Below are positions 26,669-35,018 of a stretch of 64,000 bases of DNA, in pieces (the stretch's first letter is position 1; the number at the start of each line of letters is the position of its first letter). Source of the DNA: Candidatus Saccharimonadota bacterium (GTDB lineage: Bacteria; Patescibacteriota; Saccharimonadia; Saccharimonadales; UBA10212); the NCBI GenBank assembly GCA_016176605.1, contig JACOWW010000003.1, positions 30,138 to 94,137 of the forward strand. Reading direction: 5' to 3'. A program made the position numbers and the translations under genes. The notes below the pieces were generated by a model, which did not search any database, was not told where the DNA came from, and saw only the letters and a program-made list of their open reading frames with translations.

Positions 26669-27366
26669 TATAACCCTTTCGAGGCAGTAATGGTCAACTG
26701 AGTTTTTGCACAATACTGGGAGGTAGATAAATTACTGTTGCAGGTAGCTTCCGGGGTTGAGGGGTCATCATCGCCAGTCGCCAGGTCAATACTAGCCGTG
26801 CAAATGCTTTGACAGCCATCGGGGCCAACACTAAAACTATTAAGCCTCATACCATTTCCAAGCAATTCCGTGGGCTTATTGGGCGGAAACTTATTGGGCC
26901 CGTCATAAGGATCCGCACAGCCGCTGCTGCCCGGCACGCTGTCACGCAGCAAGCCGAACTTGTCTGTATCGTTATGGTCTGATAAATTCACCGGGCTATA
27001 AATCATATAAATGTAACGTGCGCTGCCGACACATATATATTTTTTATCGCCTGAAGTTCCGTTAACCACCGGTGTTGACGACGATTGGATGTCCGAGGAA
27101 ACTAAATCCATGATGTTCCTAGCGACTTGTTGGTTCTGGGTCATGTTCACGCCCTTATAAAACAGCCGGCCAATACCCAAAAAAGCCGCCAGCGCAACAA
27201 CTATAACGGTAGAAAAGATGGCTGTTGCCAGCAAAAGTTCAGTTATGGTGAACCCAGCACTTAGCTCCGAGTCGCGCGCAAAGCGCGCTAATATTCGCCG
27301 AGGACGGATAATCTCGGAAGCTAAGTGCTGGGTGAAGCCGTCAGCTTTTTTTTGTATTCCCCTCAT
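26668..27366 (-). CDS. Pseudopilin (class III signal peptide G|FTITE) with an element-derived insertion in the leader
   Basis: AGFTITELLLATAIFSTVIVV. Start taken as MRGIQKK (27366) because it shares the AGCAATAGCATGA start context with the 28712 pilin. The ORF is open to 27426. Confidence 0.6.
   Translation of the reverse strand: MRGIQKKADGFTQHLASEIIRPRRILARFARDSELSAGFTITELLLATAIFSTVIVVALAAFLGIGRLFYKGVNMTQNQQVARNIMDLVSSDIQSSSTPVVNGTSGDKKYICVGSARYIYMIYSPVNLSDHNDTDKFGLLRDSVPGSSGCADPYDGPNKFPPNKPTELLGNGMRLNSFSVGPDGCQSICTASIDLATGDDDPSTPEATCNSNLSTSQYCAKTQLTITASKGL
27251..27332. repeat. Inverted-repeat element (ACCCAGCACTTAGCTCCGAG ... CTCGGAAGCTAAGTGCTGGGT) inside the prepilin leader
   Basis: Arms at 27251-27270 and 27312-27332. 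The same 15-bp termini occur at 38958-38972 and 38992-39006. Confidence 0.8.
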
Positions 27367-27419
27367 GCTATTGCTCATAATAAAGCACTTTTTAGATGTT
27401 TGCACCTGGTTTTTAAAAA

Positions 27420-28712
27420 CTACCACGACCCGCTGAAGCTATTTTGCCAAGCCTTAAGGGCGGCAAAGTCGGTCGAGAAAGCCCCGCCGTCATAATATAT
27501 AGTATTGGTACCGCCGATGTCTGCAGGATAGTAAAGACTATCCATAGGGTAGTTGGTATTTAAGTTCATGCTGGTCGGCATGTTCTGGCGGGGTACGATA
27601 TTAACCGACTTGCCGCCAGTGCCTGGACCATTAAGCCAGGCCTCAAACCAGCCAGTGTTGTCGGGCGCCATGTGCCAACCCATTAGAAAGTCATACCACT
27701 GGTCGCGCTGGAGCGTTGGCGAAACGCCGCCGACCCACGGTGTTCCTGTTGCTCCGAAAGTGTGCTCAATAGAAGCTGAGGGGTTCTTGGCGCAATCGTT
27801 ACTGCCGCGGATAATCAAGCGCCACTGGTTGCTGGTCAGGCCGACATTGAGCGGGGCCGGCCCGGTACAACCACCCGGATTACTCTGGTGGATTTCGGGG
27901 CCGGCGTAGAAATAATCAGTGGAGGTGCTGGCCGGGACACGCAGCGAAACAGCCCGCCAGAAAGTCGAGCCGTTATTCAAGCTGAAATTAGTGTCCGCTG
28001 GAAACCCCAGCAAGTGAATACGCACGTTCTTGGTTTCGCCATAACACTGGACGGACTGGCTGCCGGTAAACTTGCCAGCGTACCGGCCTTCTCTGATAGG
28101 GCTGGTAACAACAGAGACCCGGTCACCGTGACAGCTTGTGTCTTTATATTCGGAAAGGTTGCCTGATTCAAAACTGCCATATCGGACAATTGATCCCGAG
28201 GCTGGTGGTGATGGAGCTGGTCCCGGAGGCGAAGATGGCGCCGGCGAAGACGACGGTAATACTGGCGTGCCCGATCCAGCATAGAAACCTGGCAGTTTGT
28301 AGTAGAGAGTTAGTTTTTCTGGATTAGCAGAGTTAATGGATGTCCAGTTAGCTGTTACGGTGAATAGATTATTGGCGTAGTGGACTATGAGGGAGTACGG
28401 CTGACCGTTGTAGGTTTTACATTCGTTAGAATCTTTGGCCTTAGGGTTACCGTCAGAAAGAATGCAAAAGTCGCCAGAGAAACTCCTATATTTATCTAAA
28501 GACGAGCCGCCGGCGTTTTGGGCATTTATGATGAACTCTACCTGGCTTTGGGCGGAAGCTAAAGCTTGGTTGCGCTTTTCGGCTGAGATACCGGAGCCCA
28601 GGTTGCGGTTAGCTAGAGCGTAGGCGCCGGCTAAAACCAGGCCCAAGATTGTAATACTAAGAAGTACCTCAATGATGGTGTCACCGGATTGGCGGAGACT
28701 AAGTTTCTTCAT
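27420..28712 (-). CDS. Pseudopilin fused to a ConA-like/polysaccharide-lyase-like jelly-roll domain
   Basis: MKKLSLRQSG|DTIIEVLLSITILG prepilin N-terminus, then a Pro-rich linker. The C-terminal ~270 aa (GSFESGN..GRYAGKF..GPEIHQ..WYDF..WFEAWLNG) is motif-level similar to PF14099-type domains. Confidence 0.55.
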   Translation of the reverse strand: MKKLSLRQSGDTIIEVLLSITILGLVLAGAYALANRNLGSGISAEKRNQALASAQSQVEFIINAQNAGGSSLDKYRSFSGDFCILSDGNPKAKDSNECKTYNGQPYSLIVHYANNLFTVTANWTSINSANPEKLTLYYKLPGFYAGSGTPVLPSSSPAPSSPPGPAPSPPASGSIVRYGSFESGNLSEYKDTSCHGDRVSVVTSPIREGRYAGKFTGSQSVQCYGETKNVRIHLLGFPADTNFSLNNGSTFWRAVSLRVPASTSTDYFYAGPEIHQSNPGGCTGPAPLNVGLTSNQWRLIIRGSNDCAKNPSASIEHTFGATGTPWVGGVSPTLQRDQWYDFLMGWHMAPDNTGWFEAWLNGPGTGGKSVNIVPRQNMPTSMNLNTNYPMDSLYYPADIGGTNTIYYDGGAFSTDFAALKAWQNSFSGSW

Positions 28713-28815
28713 GCTATTGCTTATAGAATAAATTATTTTGATTATGAATACCACCTCTGTTTGCAGCTAGAGCTTAATTATTTAGCAATTATCAAAGAAC
28801 AACTTTAGGCACTGT

Positions 28816-29763
28816 TTAAGGGACCGGAGTAATAGTTATGGTGGTGCCGTGCACACTATTGGCGTTAGCCCTGCACGGTTGGTAGATGGGAATGTCGGGA
28901 TGGATGGAACAATGCTTAACAAGCAGATAGTCCACTTGTCGTGTTACGCTCACCCGAAAAGTGTTGGTGACTTCGGTCTGGTTAAGCGGGATGTCGTCGG
29001 TTGGCGGTGTCCGGAAGATAAGAGAGCCGTCGCCGCTTAAGCCTTCAATGAATACTCGTTCGTTAATCTGCTCCGGACGTTTGATGTTAGGAGAAACGCA
29101 ATCTGGCAGCGGCGGGACACCGCAGTGCGATTCATCAAAAGGCGTCACCGTCAATTCGTAGGTGCTAGAGCTATCAGAGTCGCTAGGGTCACAAAAAGCA
29201 ACCAATGGTTTGGGCAAGTCTATTTGATGGATGGTCAGCCCACCCCACCATAACTCTCCGGTTCCGGTCTTCGGCATGTTAACTGTTTCGGGACTGCAAC
29301 TGGGCCCAGGTCCAGGACCGGTATAGGTGCCGGGCAGTCTATAATATAGCTTCAGCTGGTCTTGGTAGCTGGCGGCGCCCGCAGGCGTCCACTGGGCTGT
29401 GACGGTAAATACATTGTTGGCATAATGAACCATTAGGGCATATTGTTGGCTATCGTAGTTCCTACACTCATCATTATCTTTACTTTTAGGCTCTCCCTCA
29501 GCCAGGATACAAAAGTCGCCCGAAAATGTAGTGAACTTTTCTAGAGCTGTATCTCCGGCCTTTTGGGCGTTAATAATGTGTTCTACCTGGGTTTGGGCGG
29601 ACGCTAAGGCCTGGTCGCGCCGTCCCGCTGAGATACCAGAACTTAAGTTACGGTTAGCTAAAGCGTAGGCGCCGGTTAAAACCAGGCCCAGGATGGTGAT
29701 GCTTAACAGGACTTCAATAATAGTGTCGCCACGAGAGCCGGGAGATATCTTAAGCTTTTTCAT
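28816..29763 (-). CDS. Pseudopilin, paralogue of 27420-28712 with an unrelated Cys-rich C-terminal domain
   Basis: MKKLKISPGSRG|DTIIEVLLSITILG. About 70% identity to its neighbour over the first ~140 aa, then no similarity. Confidence 0.6.
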   Translation of the reverse strand: MKKLKISPGSRGDTIIEVLLSITILGLVLTGAYALANRNLSSGISAGRRDQALASAQTQVEHIINAQKAGDTALEKFTTFSGDFCILAEGEPKSKDNDECRNYDSQQYALMVHYANNVFTVTAQWTPAGAASYQDQLKLYYRLPGTYTGPGPGPSCSPETVNMPKTGTGELWWGGLTIHQIDLPKPLVAFCDPSDSDSSSTYELTVTPFDESHCGVPPLPDCVSPNIKRPEQINERVFIEGLSGDGSLIFRTPPTDDIPLNQTEVTNTFRVSVTRQVDYLLVKHCSIHPDIPIYQPCRANANSVHGTTITITPVP

Positions 29764-29765
29764 AT

Positions 29766-30551
29766 CTAGCAATTATCAAAAGTTAATTTTGTACTGACGC
29801 CGTTTCGGCCGGCAATCACGTTAATAAAAGCAGTTTGCTTGTTATCCGGACTGCTAAAACAAATTTTCCAGTCATTGACGGCGCTGTTTTTGTAGCCGCT
29901 TTGTTCTTCAATGTAGTTTTTGACGTTGTTGACCGGATTGACAGAATCACTATTTAATTCATAAGCTTTGGCCAGCAGGGGCTGAGTGTTTACACGGCTA
30001 ACTCTTAAAGGATTACTCGGGTCATAGTAAAGACCGAGCATATCAGTGCGCTTAGCACTATCGCCGTAGCTGGCGGACGTGACTATAGCGCCCCCAGAAG
30101 CAATATTATACGTCTCTGTAAGATCACCGCCAGTTTCGGCAACAGCCGGTGTGGGTTTACTCTGTTCAAAGGTACCAGCCCGCAGGCCCAAAACAGTATG
30201 GATATAAATCTGGTTTTTAGTTGGCACGACTTGCAAGGCTTTGCCCATAATTAAGCATTCAGAACTAGTGCCTTCTTCGTGCACTGGGTCACCAGCGCCA
30301 ATAGCGGTCAGGGTCGGTCTACCGGCTCCCGAAATACTGCACTGGTAATTGTTAGATACCGTAAAAGTTCCGCCGTTAATACTGCTGAGCATAGTCTGAA
30401 TTTTGGAATCGACGTCACGCATGGCTTGCGTGAATTCCGTTTCTCCTCTTTGGCCGTTGATTAATGTAGCAACGCTGACAAGTAGCAGGCCGCTGATGGC
30501 CAAGGCCAACATAGCCTCAACTACCGTATATCCCCTGCTTCCAGACCGCAT
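29766..30551 (-). CDS. Pseudopilin (G|YTVVEAMLAL)
   Basis: Start taken at MRSGSRG (30551). The longer ORF to 30719 has no leader-like logic. Confidence 0.55.
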   Translation of the reverse strand: MRSGSRGYTVVEAMLALAISGLLLVSVATLINGQRGETEFTQAMRDVDSKIQTMLSSINGGTFTVSNNYQCSISGAGRPTLTAIGAGDPVHEEGTSSECLIMGKALQVVPTKNQIYIHTVLGLRAGTFEQSKPTPAVAETGGDLTETYNIASGGAIVTSASYGDSAKRTDMLGLYYDPSNPLRVSRVNTQPLLAKAYELNSDSVNPVNNVKNYIEEQSGYKNSAVNDWKICFSSPDNKQTAFINVIAGRNGVSTKLTFDNC

Positions 30552-30781
30552 TAGCCTGCCAGCAAGCGAAGCTCGCTGCACTGCTAATGCTTCTGGCGCT
30601 GGAGCACGATTTTTGCCTGCGGTGCTCACGCACCGTAACATTTCTACGGCTCGTTCCGCTCCTCGGCGAGAAATCGCACCCAGCATCCAGCTCTGCAACC
30701 AGGCTTGACCATGCCTCATAAGGGAAGTATAGCATAACCGTTATCTGTTAACGGTTATCCGTGGTTAATGGTTAATGGCGT

Positions 30782-31621
30782 CTACGTAAGTAGACGCTGG
30801 TACCAATCCAGCAACGGCTGGCCAAATAATATAACCAGACCGGTTGAGGCTATCAAAAAGGGACCAAAAGGCAGCTTGGAAGCCATTTTTCGCCTTCCGG
30901 AAGCTAGTGCGGGTAATACAAATAATGTGCCTAGCACCGAGGCCAAAAAAATCATCACAAGGCTTTTAGCCGGTGTTGCCAAAAGCGTACCGGTTACCAG
31001 ACCCAGGCGCACGTCGCCAAAACCTATCCACTTCCCGCTCGAAACCAAGTAAATAGCTAGGAACAGGCCGCTGGCCACCAGCCAGCTCAAAGCTAAAAGC
31101 CAAAAGCTGTGAGCTTTATTGTTAGCAAAAAACAAAATGTAGCCGAGCTGACCGACTAATGCAATAAAGAATGTCGGGTATAAAATACGGTTAGGCAAAA
31201 ACATCCATTTAAGGTCATAGACGGCTAGTGCCAACAGGCCGACACTGGCCGCTAGCCAGGTTATAAATAGCAACCACTGGCCATTACTAAAAGACGCGGG
31301 CCAAAAAACATAACTAAATATAAACACCGTGGCGGCCAAAAGCTCAACTAATGGGTATTGTATTGATATCGGGTTGTTACAGTAGCGACATTTACCGCGT
31401 AATAATATCCAGCTTAGTATAGGAACTAGATCGCGGGGTGTTAGTTTGTGCCTGCAGTTTGGGCAGATCGAACGACCATTGAGAATTGAGAAATTATTTT
31501 TTTGTTCTTTGTTTATTGTTCTTTGTTTACTGAGCTCTTGTTGGCGTAAACGCCACACAAGGGCGTTAACAAAGCTCCCAAGGGAAAGCCCTAAAAGGAA
31601 TAAACCAATGAGTATCAGCAT
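30782..31621 (-). CDS. pilD: Prepilin peptidase (A24 family)
   Basis: CPNCRHKL..CRYCNNPISIQYPLVELL zinc-finger region and multiple TM segments. Confidence 0.85.
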   Translation of the reverse strand: MLILIGLFLLGLSLGSFVNALVWRLRQQELSKQRTINKEQKNNFSILNGRSICPNCRHKLTPRDLVPILSWILLRGKCRYCNNPISIQYPLVELLAATVFIFSYVFWPASFSNGQWLLFITWLAASVGLLALAVYDLKWMFLPNRILYPTFFIALVGQLGYILFFANNKAHSFWLLALSWLVASGLFLAIYLVSSGKWIGFGDVRLGLVTGTLLATPAKSLVMIFLASVLGTLFVLPALASGRRKMASKLPFGPFLIASTGLVILFGQPLLDWYQRLLT

Positions 31622-31773
31622 TTCCTTTCAGTATACAGATAGTGAGTAACCAAAAAATACTTAACAAGTCAAGCATTTTCTATTTTTAATGAAAAACGAG
31701 CGGATTTTACCCGCCCGTCTTTGCTTATTACTTTCTTGTCCTGAGCGAAGTCGAAAGATTGCTGTTTGCCAAT

Positions 31774-32340
31774 CTAGCCGTTGTCAACACAAAACCAAGT
31801 ATAGCTTCTCTCCAGACCAATCACGATAGCAAAATCTTTGGCATTCGTCGTCCCGCCGCTACCAGTCTGGAACCCTTCACCACTACACTTTAAGCCTGAA
31901 CCTATATATACCCGGCCAACAGCCCAGGTTAGAGCGCTAGTACTTGTAGTATTATATACATCTACTGGGGATCCAGTGCTGGGGTCGTCGGTATCAATTT
32001 TTGGTGTCCCGTTAACATAACGGTCATACCAACCACGGCAATTGTCTGTGGCGCTAGTACCAGTTCTACAGTTAAAGCCAGGGACAGAACCTGTGGCAGC
32101 TGCAAATGGAAACTTGCCTTGATTGTTAGAAGCAAAGTTTTGCAGTTCAGTACTCAAACGCGTAGCGATGCTTTGGCGTTTAGAATCGCGGGTGTTGCGC
32201 TGCAGCTGCGGCACGGCTATAAATACAATAGTCAAAATCAACCCGGCGATAGCCAAGACGATCAATACTTCAATAATAGTAAAACCGCGAGCCTGTCGAG
32301 TGATAAAGCCTTTGGCTCGGCCCTTTAGTTTATTTATCAT
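31774..32340 (-). CDS. Type IV pilin (probable major pilin)
   Basis: ARG|FTIIEVLIVLAIAGLILTIVF. Strong SD (AGGGGGAAAG) upstream. Confidence 0.7.
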   Translation of the reverse strand: MINKLKGRAKGFITRQARGFTIIEVLIVLAIAGLILTIVFIAVPQLQRNTRDSKRQSIATRLSTELQNFASNNQGKFPFAAATGSVPGFNCRTGTSATDNCRGWYDRYVNGTPKIDTDDPSTGSPVDVYNTTSTSALTWAVGRVYIGSGLKCSGEGFQTGSGGTTNAKDFAIVIGLERSYTWFCVDNG

Positions 32341-32425
32341 TAGTTCTTTCCCCCTTTATGGTGTGCTCGTCGTAGCGTTAATGCTTACATAGTAGTAGTT
32401 CGCGGAAGCTTATGCAATATAATTC

Positions 32426-33646
32426 TTAATACTTTGGTATTAGGTTCTTACCAGCTAGTGAATATATCGGCAGCAACACAGCGGCAACCATTATCAAAGC
32501 GATAATACCGACAATAATCATCATGGCCGGTTCTACGACGGTTGATATAGAACGAATTTGGTTATCTACCTCTTTTTCATAATAGTCAGCCAGTTTGGCT
32601 AACATCTTATCCAGCGACCCTGATTGCTCGCCGATGTTGATCATGTTAGGCACCAGCTCTAAGAAACTGTTATCGCCGCTCAGGCTTTGCGATAAGCTTT
32701 TTCCGCCTTTCACCTGGTCTGACACCCGTTTGATCGAGGCCTCGATGTGGACATTATCCACGGCCTCGGCGGTAGTAGCCAGCATTTTTATCATCGGCAC
32801 GCCGCTGGCTACAAGCGTCGAAGAAATGCGCGAAAAACGCGCCATATATAGCTTCATGTATAGCGGCCCGATGCCCCAGGCCGTCATTTTGAAATGGTCA
32901 AGCCATTGCTTACCCTCTGGACTACGCGCCCAGCGCCAGCCAAAAAAACCTACACTCAGCAGGACTAGTAGTATCGCCCACCAAAAATTTAAAATAAAGT
33001 CCGATAATCCCAAAAGCCCGCGGGTCAGGACCGGCAGCTTGGCCCCCGGCAAACCGCTGTAGAGATTTTGCACCTGTGGCAAAACGGAGGTTAGCATAAA
33101 TACCACGACCCCGACTAGCACTATCATAACTACCGTGGGGTAAATCAAGGCACCGCGGATTTTCGACATTATTTCCGAGTCTTTTTCTTGCTGGTCGGCC
33201 AGGCGGGCCAAAGATATATCGAGCGTTCCCGAAGCTTCACCAGCAGCGATCAAGTTTGTATAGACATTATCAAAAGCTTTAGGATGCGCACTCAACGCGT
33301 CTGCCAGACTGGAACCAGTTTCTACCTCGCTTATAATCTTAGCTATAATTTCTTTTAAAGCTTTATTGCTCGTTTGGCCTTTGACCGTATTTAGGCTTTG
33401 CACCAAAGGCAGGCCAGCGTTCATTAAAGTTGATAGTTGGCGCGAGAATACCACCCGGTCTTTGCTAGGAATACGCTTAAAAATGCCCCGCCCGCCCTGT
33501 TCGTCCTTGGGCTTTATTTCCAGCGGCGCCAGGCCGCGCTCGTTAAGCAGGCGGGCAGCTGTCTTGTCGTTGTCGGCCTCTACCTCAGCTGTAATCTTTT
33601 TGCCGGTTTTTAGGTCACGGGCAGTATATATAAAAGTCTGCATCAC
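32426..33646 (-). CDS. pilC: Type IV pilus platform protein (GspF/PilC family)
   Basis: Two T2SS-F repeats (FSRQLSTLMNAGLPL.., FSRISSTLVASGVPM..) and 3 TM segments. Confidence 0.85.
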   Translation of the reverse strand: MMQTFIYTARDLKTGKKITAEVEADNDKTAARLLNERGLAPLEIKPKDEQGGRGIFKRIPSKDRVVFSRQLSTLMNAGLPLVQSLNTVKGQTSNKALKEIIAKIISEVETGSSLADALSAHPKAFDNVYTNLIAAGEASGTLDISLARLADQQEKDSEIMSKIRGALIYPTVVMIVLVGVVVFMLTSVLPQVQNLYSGLPGAKLPVLTRGLLGLSDFILNFWWAILLVLLSVGFFGWRWARSPEGKQWLDHFKMTAWGIGPLYMKLYMARFSRISSTLVASGVPMIKMLATTAEAVDNVHIEASIKRVSDQVKGGKSLSQSLSGDNSFLELVPNMINIGEQSGSLDKMLAKLADYYEKEVDNQIRSISTVVEPAMMIIVGIIALIMVAAVLLPIYSLAGKNLIPKY

Positions 33647-33743
33647 ACAACCTCTCTTCGAGAGCCTGAGGGCTCCTCAGAGCCTCGAACGGCCGGTTGC
33701 AGAGTTAAGAGATATGAGTTATGAGATATGATGCTCGAGCTGT

Positions 33744-33772
33744 CTTGACTCTTGACTCTTGACTCTTGACTC
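33744..33772. repeat. 7-nt tandem array (CTTGACT)x4
   Basis: cttgactcttgactcttgactcttgactc. The adjacent 33706-33735 carries ATATGAG/TTATGAG heptads. Confidence 0.9.
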
Positions 33773-33791
33773 ATAAAAATGCTTCGCATTT

Positions 33792-34859
33792 TTAGCTCCG
33801 CATCAATCTGTCTAACTCTTCGACATCGACGGCATAGTTACGGGCTTCGTCATAACTGATAACGCCGGAATGTATAAGGTTGACCAGTGTGCGGTCCATG
33901 CTTTGCATACCGTGTTGCGCGCCGGTTTGAATGACGGCTTCCAGTTGATAATTCTTGTCTTCACGGATAATATTGCGCACCGCAGGCGTAGCAATCAATA
34001 TTTCAGTAGCAGCTACCCGTCCGCCGCCAAGGGCTGGAATTAGACGCTGCGAGCATATAGCCATTAAGATATTACCCAGCTGCGACCTGACTTGCGGCTG
34101 TTGGTGCGGCGGAAAGACATCGACCATACGGTCTATACTTTGGGCGGCGCTGTTGGTGTGCAGCGTCGCCAGCACCAAATGCCCAGTTTCGGCAATAGTA
34201 ATCGCCGCGGCAATTGTTTCCAGATCACGCATCTCGCCGATTAGCACGACGTCAGGGTCTTCGCGCAGGGCTGAACGCAGGGCCGCCGAGAAACTATAAG
34301 TGTCATAGTGCACCTCGCGCTGGACAACTAACGACCGCTTCGATTGATGGGTGTATTCAATCGGGTCCTCAACGGTAATAATGTGCGAGGCTTTTTCGCT
34401 GTTAATCTTATCGATCAGGGCAGCCAGTGTGGTAGATTTTCCCGAACCGGTCGGGCCGGTTATTAGCACCAAGCCGCGCGGATACTGGGCAAATTTATTA
34501 ATGATTTTCGGTAAGCCCAACTGCTCTATGGTCTTGATTTCGTTAGCAATCAAGCGCAGGGCCGCGGCTAAGTTTCCCCGTTCGTGGAAAGCATTGACCC
34601 TAAAGCGGCCCAAATCCCCAAAGGCAAAACTGAAATCAAACTCCTTATCGCGCAAAAGTATCTGTTTTTGGTCTTCGTCCAAAAGGGCGAAAACCAGAGT
34701 CTCGACCACTTGTTCGGTAAGGCGCGTCTGGGTTTGGCTTGGCATTAAATTACCATCGACGCGCAACATCGGTGGTTGGCCGACCTGCAAATGCAAATCA
34801 GAGGCTTTGCGCTTGACGACTTCGTCAAGCAGGACTTCAATTTTTGGCTGCGTTGGCAC
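33792..34859 (-). CDS. pilT: Twitching-motility retraction ATPase
   Basis: GPTGSGKSTTLAALI, VEDPIEY, ALREDPDVVLIGEMRD, GHLVLATLHT. GTG start with a GGAGG SD. Confidence 0.9.
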   Translation of the reverse strand: MPTQPKIEVLLDEVVKRKASDLHLQVGQPPMLRVDGNLMPSQTQTRLTEQVVETLVFALLDEDQKQILLRDKEFDFSFAFGDLGRFRVNAFHERGNLAAALRLIANEIKTIEQLGLPKIINKFAQYPRGLVLITGPTGSGKSTTLAALIDKINSEKASHIITVEDPIEYTHQSKRSLVVQREVHYDTYSFSAALRSALREDPDVVLIGEMRDLETIAAAITIAETGHLVLATLHTNSAAQSIDRMVDVFPPHQQPQVRSQLGNILMAICSQRLIPALGGGRVAATEILIATPAVRNIIREDKNYQLEAVIQTGAQHGMQSMDRTLVNLIHSGVISYDEARNYAVDVEELDRLMRS

Positions 34860-34895
34860 TTACACGCCTCCTGCCGTCGGCTCAATTAGCGATTT

Positions 34896-35000
34896 ACAAT
34901 TTTCAATTTTCAATGATTTATTATTGATCGTCGACCATTTGATAAATGAGAAATGAGAAATTAGTGGTAAATGGTAAATGGTAAATGGTAAATGGAATAA
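34896..35000. repeat. Heptad arrays flanking a central AT-rich core (CAATTTT x2.5 ... AAATGAG x2.5, TGGTAAA x4)
   Basis: Read directly in the pilB-pilT spacer. Confidence 0.85.
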
Positions 35001-35018
35001 TGTGATCATTATTTCTCC

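Noticed and set aside
24521-30551. Diversity-generating retroelement acting on the pilus proteins
   Set aside because: No reverse-transcriptase ORF and no template/variable repeat pair with adenine-specific differences were found. The similarity between the two pilins is ordinary paralogy.
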